A stretch of DNA of 64,000 bases from Occultella glacieicola. GTDB taxonomy: Bacteria; Actinomycetota; Actinomycetes; Actinomycetales; Beutenbergiaceae. The translations under genes and the position numbers were made by a program. The notes beneath the pieces are model-generated. The model searched no databases, had not been told where the DNA came from, and saw only the letters and a list, made by a program, of their open reading frames with translations. How positions within the stretch are numbered: position 1 is the stretch's first letter; every line of letters starts with the position of its first letter. Positions 57,163 to 64,000 of the stretch are shown here, piece after piece. Where the stretch lies: positions 62,001 to 126,000 of the forward strand of contig NZ_SMNA01000002.1 of assembly GCF_004353825.1 (NCBI RefSeq), written 5' to 3'.

Positions 57163-59849
57163 GAGCGGACCGCCAGGGTGGCGCCGGCGATCAGGACGGG
57201 CGCGCCGGTCTCGGCGGCAGCCTCGCGTTCCGCCTCGGTGGCTGGGCGGATCTGACCACGCTCGGGCACGTAGGCCAGGTCCGGGTCGGCGGTGGCCGGG
57301 GCGTTCACGAAGGAACCGAACCGGCGGAGCTTCTCCGGGTCCTCCAGGACGGCCCGCCACTCGTCCTCGTAGTTGCCGACGTGGGCGGCCATCGCGGTGT
57401 CCAGGTCCGCGGCGATGCCGAGGGAGTCGTTCATGATGACCTCGCGGACGCCGTCGAGGCCGCCCTCGACGTCCTCGATCCAGGGCGCGGTGCGCTGCAG
57501 CCGGTCCGCGGTGCGGATGTAGTACATGAGGAACCGGTCGATGGTGCGGATCAGGGCGCGGGAATCGAGGTCCTCGGCGAGCAGCTGCGCGTGCCGCGGG
57601 GTGAACCCGCCGTTGCCGCCGACGTAGACGTTCCAGCCCTTGTCCGTGGCGATCACGCCGACGTCCTTGCCGCGGGCCTCGGCGCACTCACGGGCGCACC
57701 CGGAGACGCCGAGCTTGAGCTTGTGCGGGGACCGCAGACCCCGGTAGCGCAGCTCCAGCTCGACGGCCATGCCGACCGAGTCCTGCACCCCGTACCGGCA
57801 CCAGGTGGACCCGACGCAGGACTTCACGGTGCGCAGCGACTTGCCGTAGGCGTGCCCGGACTCGAAGCCGTGCTCCACGAGCCGTCGCCAGATCTGCGGG
57901 AGCTGCTCGATCCGGGCGCCGAACATGTCGATGCGCTGGCCACCGGTGATCTTCGTATAGAGGCCGAAGTCCTTGGCCACCTGCCCGATGACGAGCAGCC
58001 CGTCCGGGGTGATCTCGCCGCCGGGGATCCGCGGCACCACCGAGTACGTGCCGTCCTTCTGCAGGTTCGCCATCACGTGGTCGTTCGTGTCCTGCAGGGT
58101 GGCCTGCTCCCCGTCGAGGATGTGCCCGTTGCCGAGGGAGGCCAGGATCGAGGCGACCACCGGCTTGCAGATGTCGCATCCGCGGCCCGGCCCCACGCCG
58201 TCGGGCACTTCCGCGGAAGCGGCGCTGACGGAGCCGAGAGTCCCGACAGCGCCGAACCGGCCGATGATCTCGCTGAACGTGTGCAGCTCCGCGACCCGGA
58301 CGGCGTCGAAGAGCTGCGCCCGGGACAGGTCGAAGTGCTCGCAGAGGGCGCCCGAGACCTCCACACCGGCCCGTTCGAGCTCGGTGGTGGTGAGCTTCTT
58401 CACCAGCGGCAGGCAGGACCCGCAGGAGGTGCCGGCCTTCGTGCAGGCCTTCACGCCGGCCACGTCGGTGCACGCGTGTTCGGTGACCGCGGCTCGGATC
58501 GTCCCGGCGGTGACGTTGTTGCAGGAGCACACGGTGGCGGCGTCGGGCAGTTCCAGGCTCGCCGCGCCGCCGCCGGTGGACTCCGGCAGCAGGAACGCGC
58601 CCGGATCGCCCGGCAGCTCGCTTCCGACCATGGGACGAAGCGACGCGTATGGGCTCGCGTCCCCCACGAACACGCCGCCGAGCAGGGTGCGGGCGTCGTC
58701 GGAGAGCACCAGCTTCTTGTAGACGCCGGCCACCGGGTCCGCCCAGACGAGTTCCATCGCGCCCTCGGTGCGGGCGAACGCGTCCCCGAAGCTGGCCACG
58801 TCGACACCCTGCAGCTTCAGCTTGGTGGCGGTGTCCGCGCCGGGGAACGTGGCCTTGCCGCCGAGGAGCCGGTCCGCGACCACCTCGGCCATCGCATACC
58901 CCGGGGCGACGAGGCCGATGCAGCGGCCCTCGATGCAGGCGACCTCACCGACCGCCCAGACGTGCGGGTCCTGCGTGCGGCAGTCGAGATCCACCACGGC
59001 GCCGCCGCGTTCCCCGATGTCCAGGCCGGCGGCCCGGGCCAGCTCGTCGCGGGGACGGACACCGGTGGCGACGACCACGACGTCGACGTCGAGCCGGCCG
59101 CCGTCGACGAAGTCGAGCCGGCCCACGTGACCACTCCGGCGGGACGGGCGCAGCTGCGCGGTGGCGGTGTCCGTGCGCACGGCGATGCCCATGTCGTTGA
59201 TGAGGCGCTTGAGGGCCTGCCCGCCGCCGAGGTCGATCTGGGCGTCCATCAGGTGCGTGCCGAACTGGATCACGGTGGCCTGCGCGCCGAGCGCCTTGAG
59301 CGCGCCGGCGGCCTCGAGGCCGAGCAGGCCACCACCGATGACGGCGCCGCGGACCGGGCGCTCGAAGTCGGTGGACCTCCCCTTGCCGGCGGCGGCGCGC
59401 TTGTCCTCGACCCAGCCGCGCAGGGCGGCGACGTCGTCGATGGTGCGGTAGACGAACACGCCGGGCAGGTCGTTGCCGGGGATCGGCGGCATCGCCGCGC
59501 TGGAACCGGTCGCGAGGATGAGCTCGTCGTAGTGGTGGGTGCGGCCGAGCCGGTCGGTGACCTGGTGGGAGTCCCGGTCGATCGTGGTGATCGCGCAGTC
59601 CCGGTGGAGCGTGACCAGCGGGTCCTCCCACAACTCCGGGTCGCCGAGCGTGAGTTCCTCGGGGTCACGGGCGGAGAAGTAGGAGGTCAGGGCCACCCGG
59701 TCGTAGGGCTTCGCGGCCTCCTCGGCGAACACGCTGATCCGCCAGGCGCCGGCACCGTCCCGGGCGCGCAGGGCCTCCACGAGGCGCTGGGCCACCATAC
59801 CGCCACCGACGACGACCAGGTGCTTGGGCTGGTTTCCGCTCTGGCTCAT
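57159..59849 (-). CDS. nirB: Nitrite reductase (NADH) large subunit
   Basis: FAD/NAD motifs, CSCNNV...CGSC, KSCVGSTWC, SGCARECAE. Confidence 0.96.
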   Translation of the reverse strand: MSQSGNQPKHLVVVGGGMVAQRLVEALRARDGAGAWRISVFAEEAAKPYDRVALTSYFSARDPEELTLGDPELWEDPLVTLHRDCAITTIDRDSHQVTDRLGRTHHYDELILATGSSAAMPPIPGNDLPGVFVYRTIDDVAALRGWVEDKRAAAGKGRSTDFERPVRGAVIGGGLLGLEAAGALKALGAQATVIQFGTHLMDAQIDLGGGQALKRLINDMGIAVRTDTATAQLRPSRRSGHVGRLDFVDGGRLDVDVVVVATGVRPRDELARAAGLDIGERGGAVVDLDCRTQDPHVWAVGEVACIEGRCIGLVAPGYAMAEVVADRLLGGKATFPGADTATKLKLQGVDVASFGDAFARTEGAMELVWADPVAGVYKKLVLSDDARTLLGGVFVGDASPYASLRPMVGSELPGDPGAFLLPESTGGGAASLELPDAATVCSCNNVTAGTIRAAVTEHACTDVAGVKACTKAGTSCGSCLPLVKKLTTTELERAGVEVSGALCEHFDLSRAQLFDAVRVAELHTFSEIIGRFGAVGTLGSVSAASAEVPDGVGPGRGCDICKPVVASILASLGNGHILDGEQATLQDTNDHVMANLQKDGTYSVVPRIPGGEITPDGLLVIGQVAKDFGLYTKITGGQRIDMFGARIEQLPQIWRRLVEHGFESGHAYGKSLRTVKSCVGSTWCRYGVQDSVGMAVELELRYRGLRSPHKLKLGVSGCARECAEARGKDVGVIATDKGWNVYVGGNGGFTPRHAQLLAEDLDSRALIRTIDRFLMYYIRTADRLQRTAPWIEDVEGGLDGVREVIMNDSLGIAADLDTAMAAHVGNYEDEWRAVLEDPEKLRRFGSFVNAPATADPDLAYVPERGQIRPATEAEREAAAETGAPVLIAGATLAVRS

Positions 59850-59909
59850 CTGGACTCCTCCGGTGATCGTCGACCGCTGCCGATCGGCAGTGGTGGGGCG
59901 ATGTCGGTG

Positions 59910-59995
59910 ACGCTATGAGGCGGCGGTTTCACGTCAGTGCCCCGCCCGTTGCCCGGTCGTAACGTTGTTCTCACGCGTCGCCCGAGCAGGGTGAG
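59910..59995 (-). promoter_or_regulatory. nirB promoter with NnaR-like and GlnR boxes
   Basis: CTCAC-n16-GTGAG (59970-59995); minus strand GTTAC-n6-GCAAC-n6-GGCAC-n6-GAAAC (59926-59963); TAGCGT -10 (59910-59915). Confidence 0.75.
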
Positions 59996-61580
59996 AGATC
60001 GCGTCGCTGCGGCCCGACGGCGTTGGCCGGGTCGGTCGCTCGGCTGCGCCGAGCCAGTCCAGCAGCCCGCAGACGGTCTCCTTGCAGCCGCCGCACCCGG
60101 TTGTCGCCCGGGTGGCGCGCGCGATGTCCGCGGCGGTGTGGGCGCCGTCGCGGCAGGCCGTCACGATGTCCCCCTTGGTGACCCCGTTGCACAGGCACAC
60201 GGTGGCCGAGTCCGGCATCCGCTCCGGAGTGGCCGCGGGGGCCGCGGCACTCGCGAGGGGCCGGATCAGCAACTGCGCCGGGTCGGCGGGGACCGGGGTG
60301 CGGCGCGTGTACGCGGCGCTCAGGTCCGCGGCCACCTCGGGCGCCCCCACGCAGGTGGCGCCGACGAGCAGCCCGTCGGCGACGACCACCTCGACGTGGC
60401 GGCCGGAGGCCGGGTCGGACAACCGTACTGAGCGGTGGCCGGGGTCCCGGCGTCGCCGGGTGCCGCTGACGCCCATCGTCACCACCTCGAGACCGGCGGC
60501 CTTGAGGCGGACCACGTCGGTGCCCGCGGCTAGGGCAGGCGTCGCCGCAAGCCCGGCCGGGCGGGACACCACCCCCGCGTTCAGGCTGAGCCGCAGCGCG
60601 ATGCTCGGCCGCTCCGGCCGGGCCGCGGACGGCGGCCCCTGTCCCGGGCGGGAGAGCCGGTCGGCGAGCCGGCGGGCCTGGTCCCACCCTTGGGCGATCA
60701 GACCGGCCCCACCCTCGGGCGGCTGGGCGCAGTCCCCGATCGCGAAGATCCTGGGGTCGTCGGGGCTGGCCAGGTCCTCGCCGACCAACACGCCGCGGTC
60801 GACGGCGAGGCCCGCGGAGCGGGCCAGCGCCACCTCCGGGGTGGTGCCGCAGGCGAGGACCACCAGGTCGGCGGCCAGGGTGACCGGCCGCTCCCCTGCG
60901 TCGACCTCGATGCTGGTGACCCGGCCCTCCTCGACGACGACCCGCCGGGTCCTGGCCCCGGTCCAGGCGGCGATGCCGAGGCCGGCGAGGGAAGCCTGCG
61001 CCACCTGGCCGGCGTCGGCGTCGAGCTGGCGGTCCATCACGGTCGGTGCGGCGTGGATCACGGCCACCTCGAGCCCGCGGCGGGCCAGCCCGCACGCGGC
61101 TTCCAGGCCGAGCACCCCGGCGCCGATGACGACGGCGCGGCGGGCGTTCGCGGTCGCCGCGACGATCTCGCGGGCGTCGTCGAGGGTGCGCAGCGCGTGC
61201 ACGCCGGCGGGCAGGTCGCACTCGAGCCCGGGCAGGTCCGGGATCCGGGCGACCGAGCCGGTGGCGAGCACCACCCGGTCATAGCGGTGCGACCCGGAAC
61301 TGGTGAGCACGGTCCGCGAGGCGCGGTCGATCGCGATGACCGGGGCGCCGCGCTCGACGCGCACCCGGTCGCCGTCGGGCTCGGGCAGTGCAAGGGCGGA
61401 CATGTCGACCTTGCCGGCGACCACCTCGGAGAGCAGCACCCGGTTGTAGGGGTGGTACTCCTCCTCGCCGAGCAGCGTCACGTCGAACTCGGCGTCGGCG
61501 TCCCGGGCAGTCAGGTCGGCGACGAACCGGGAGCCGACCATGCCGTTGCCGACCACGACGATCCTGGTGGTTGCGGTCAC
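59934..61580 (-). CDS. Assimilatory nitrate reductase electron-transfer subunit (FAD/NAD plus BFD-like 2Fe-2S)
   Basis: VVGNGMVG, GAGVLGLE, CLCNGV...TGCGGC. Confidence 0.88.
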   Translation of the reverse strand: MTATTRIVVVGNGMVGSRFVADLTARDADAEFDVTLLGEEEYHPYNRVLLSEVVAGKVDMSALALPEPDGDRVRVERGAPVIAIDRASRTVLTSSGSHRYDRVVLATGSVARIPDLPGLECDLPAGVHALRTLDDAREIVAATANARRAVVIGAGVLGLEAACGLARRGLEVAVIHAAPTVMDRQLDADAGQVAQASLAGLGIAAWTGARTRRVVVEEGRVTSIEVDAGERPVTLAADLVVLACGTTPEVALARSAGLAVDRGVLVGEDLASPDDPRIFAIGDCAQPPEGGAGLIAQGWDQARRLADRLSRPGQGPPSAARPERPSIALRLSLNAGVVSRPAGLAATPALAAGTDVVRLKAAGLEVVTMGVSGTRRRRDPGHRSVRLSDPASGRHVEVVVADGLLVGATCVGAPEVAADLSAAYTRRTPVPADPAQLLIRPLASAAAPAATPERMPDSATVCLCNGVTKGDIVTACRDGAHTAADIARATRATTGCGGCKETVCGLLDWLGAAERPTRPTPSGRSDAISHPARATRENNVTTGQRAGH

Positions 61581-63757
61581 GGGGCGACCGCCTGCGCTGC
61601 GGCCATCGGCTCGGCGACGGGGACCATCGGGGTCACCGAGACGGCGCAGACCTTGAACTCCGGCATGTGCGAGATCGGGTCGGTCGCGTCGGTGGTGATC
61701 CGGTTGACGCTGCCGGCGCCGCTCCAGTGGAACGGCATGAACACGGTGTCCGGCCGGATCCGGTCGGTCCAGCGTGCGGGTGCCTGGACCGTGCCGCGTG
61801 CGGAGGTGAGCCGGACCCGGTCGCCGTCGGCGATGCCGAGGCGGAACCCGAGGATGGGGTGCAGCTCCACGAACGGCTCGCCGCTGATCCGCTCCAGGTC
61901 CGGCACCCGGTGGGTCTGCGCGCCGGACTGGTAGTGCTGCAGCACCCGGCCGGTGACGAGATAGATCGGCGCGTCCGGCCGGACGTCGTCGCTCGGGCCG
62001 ACGTGGTCGACCGCGATCATCCGGGCCCGCCCGTCCGGGGTCGGGAACGCGTCCAGGAACAGCCGCGGCGTGCCCGGGTGGTCCGGCCCGGGGACCGGCC
62101 AGAACAGGCCGGGGCCGCCGTCGACCTCGTCGGCGTCGAGGCGGGCGTGGCTCAGGCCGGCGTAGTCCGCGATCCCGCCGGCGGAGGCCGCGGCGAGTTC
62201 GTCGAAGACGACGGCCGGGTCGGTCTCGAAGTGGACGTCGGAGCCGAGCCGGCGGGCCAGCTCGGCGAGGATCCACAGCTCCGAGCGGGCCTGCCCGGGG
62301 GCGTCGACGGCGCGGCGCCGTCGGATCACACGGCCCTCGAGCGAGGTCATGGTGCCCTCCTCCTCCGCCCACTGGGTGACTGGCAGCACCACGTCCGCGA
62401 GGAGCGCGGTCTCCGAGGGGACGAAATCGCACACCACGAGCAGGTCCAGGGCAGCCAGCCGGTCCGCGACCCGGTCGGTGTTCGGGGCGCTGACGAGCAC
62501 GTTCGAGCCGTGCACGAACAGCGCCCGGGGGCCGCCCGGGGTGCCGAGCGAGGTCAACAACTGCACGGCGGGCTTGCCGGGCCCGGGGATCGTGGCCTCC
62601 TCCACGCCCCAGACCCGTGCGACGTGGGCGCGGGCGGCCGGGTCGTCGATCTTGCGGTAGCCGGGCAGCTGGTCGGACTTCTGGCCATGTTCGCGCCCAC
62701 CCTGCCCGTTGCCCTGCCCGGTGATGGCGCCGTAGCCGGAACCGAGGCGGCCGGGCAGCCCGAGCGCCAGGGCGAGGTTGATGGCGGCGGTGACGGTGGC
62801 GGTGCCCTGTCTGGACTGCTCGACGCCGCGTCCGGTGAGGATGTAGGCACCGGGACCCCCGTGTGCCGGCGCGGCGGCGGCGAGCAACCGGGCCACCTCC
62901 CGCAGTTGCGCCGCCGGCACCCCGCACACGCCCTCGGCTCGTTCGGGCCACCACGCCGCCACCGAGCGCTGCACGTCGGCGGCGCCGGTGGTGCGGTCGG
63001 CGAGGTAGGCCTGGTCGGCGAGCCCTTCGGTGAGCACCACGTGCGTGAGCGCGAGCAGGACCACCAGGTCCGTGCCGGGCACCGGCTGCAGGTGCACCCC
63101 ACCCTCGCCGGTGCCCGGCCCCGCCCCGGTGAGGGCCGCCGTCGTACTCCGACGCGGGTCCACCACCACGAGACCGCCGCGTTCACGCACCCCGGCCAGA
63201 TGCTGCACGGACGGCGGCATCGTCTCGGCGAGGTTGGACCCGAGCAGCATGACCGCGCCGGCCCCGGCGAGGTCGGCGAGCGGGAACGGCAGCCCGCGGT
63301 CCGCGCCGAGGCTGCGGTTCGCCCCGGCCGCGGCGCTGGCCATGCAGAACCGGCCGTTGTAGTCGATGTTCGGGGTGCGCAGGACGGTGCGGGCGAACTT
63401 GCCGAGCGCGTACGCCTTCTCGTTCGTGAGCCCGCCGCCGCCGAACACGGCGACGGCGTCGCGCCCGTGGGCGGACCAGATCGCCTCGATCCGGGTGGTG
63501 ATCACGGTGAGTGCCTCGTCCCAGGTGGCCGGGTGCAGGTCACCGTCCGGGCCGCGCAGCAGCGGGGTGGTGATCCGGTCCGGGGTGTTCAGCACGGTGG
63601 CGCTGGTCCAGCCCTTCTGGCACAGGCCCCCGAGGTTCGTCGGGAACTGCCGCGGCCCGATGGTCACCGGCGTCGTGGTGCCCGGCGCCGCGGGGGTCAG
63701 CGTCATCGCGCACTGCAACGCGCAGTACGGGCAGTGGGACATGGTGCCGGCAGTCAC
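61577..63757 (-). CDS. nasA: Assimilatory nitrate reductase catalytic (molybdopterin) subunit
   Basis: HCPYCALQC...LCQKG, DYNGRFCMASA, GQGNGQGGRE, PEFKVCAV. Start at 63757 (GTG) or 63742 (ATG). Confidence 0.9.
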   Translation of the reverse strand: MTAGTMSHCPYCALQCAMTLTPAAPGTTTPVTIGPRQFPTNLGGLCQKGWTSATVLNTPDRITTPLLRGPDGDLHPATWDEALTVITTRIEAIWSAHGRDAVAVFGGGGLTNEKAYALGKFARTVLRTPNIDYNGRFCMASAAAGANRSLGADRGLPFPLADLAGAGAVMLLGSNLAETMPPSVQHLAGVRERGGLVVVDPRRSTTAALTGAGPGTGEGGVHLQPVPGTDLVVLLALTHVVLTEGLADQAYLADRTTGAADVQRSVAAWWPERAEGVCGVPAAQLREVARLLAAAAPAHGGPGAYILTGRGVEQSRQGTATVTAAINLALALGLPGRLGSGYGAITGQGNGQGGREHGQKSDQLPGYRKIDDPAARAHVARVWGVEEATIPGPGKPAVQLLTSLGTPGGPRALFVHGSNVLVSAPNTDRVADRLAALDLLVVCDFVPSETALLADVVLPVTQWAEEEGTMTSLEGRVIRRRRAVDAPGQARSELWILAELARRLGSDVHFETDPAVVFDELAAASAGGIADYAGLSHARLDADEVDGGPGLFWPVPGPDHPGTPRLFLDAFPTPDGRARMIAVDHVGPSDDVRPDAPIYLVTGRVLQHYQSGAQTHRVPDLERISGEPFVELHPILGFRLGIADGDRVRLTSARGTVQAPARWTDRIRPDTVFMPFHWSGAGSVNRITTDATDPISHMPEFKVCAVSVTPMVPVAEPMAAAQAVAP

Positions 63758-63764
63758 GCGCCGC

Positions 63765-64000
63765 TCAGATCCCGGCCGTGGCCATCGCGGACCCGCGCCG
63801 CGCGTATACGGCCCAGGTGACCACGGCCATCGCCGCGTACACGGCGATGAAGATCGCGAGCGCCGGCGCCAGCGAGCCCGCGAGTTCATTCGACGCCGCG
63901 AACCCGCGTGGGATGAGAAACCCGCCGAACGCCCCGATCGCGCCCGCGATACCGATGCACCCGGCGGCGGCCTTCACCGCGGCCGGCCCACCGCCGTCGG
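63765..64000 (-). CDS. narK: Nitrate/nitrite MFS transporter, C-terminal part
   Basis: IGIAGAIGAFGGF nitrate signature; TWAVYAR; precedes the nitrate reductase. Confidence 0.8.
   Translation of the reverse strand, partial: DGGGPAAVKAAAGCIGIAGAIGAFGGFLIPRGFAASNELAGSLAPALAIFIAVYAAMAVVTWAVYARRGSAMATAGI

Noticed and set aside
58190..58255. Roughly 20-aa insertion in NirB before GRGCDICKP as an intein or mobile remnant
   Set aside because: In frame, too short and without splice motifs; most likely a variable loop.
57381..63820. Long plus-strand ORFs (845, 810 aa) and the N-terminal extension of the 1006-aa ORF
   Set aside because: Shadows or alternative frames of nirB and nas genes; the real start of the electron-transfer subunit is GTG at 61580.

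Overview
High-GC actinobacterial chromosomal segment (Micrococcales-like by inference), densely coding. I found no rRNA, tRNA, CRISPR array or transposase/integrase. Main blocks: (1) a pyrimidine-degradation-like operon (C-N hydrolase, dihydropyrimidinase, luciferase-like F420 oxidoreductase, ABC transporter, class III aminotransferase); (2) an ECF sigma/anti-sigma pair divergent from a Cys-containing secreted protein; (3) dispersed F420-use genes (putative F420-0 ABC importer with a structured leader, cofE, a second LLM oxidoreductase, a PPOX-class enzyme, fgd); (4) a Cys-free rpmG behind a Zur-like box, absent from the ORF track; (5) sugar genes (GH4/PfkB/ABC, GH29, GH3, a large secreted GH); (6) valS; (7) two vapBC modules and a deleted FMN-reductase pseudogene; (8) an uncharacterised esterase-esterase-ATP-grasp cluster; (9) nitrate/nitrite assimilation and siroheme genes with GlnR- and NnaR-like sites. 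Best novelty candidates: the apparently F420-dependent reductive pyrimidine pathway and the three-way-junction RNA ahead of the F420-0 transporter. All family calls come from motif recognition by eye; no database search was run.
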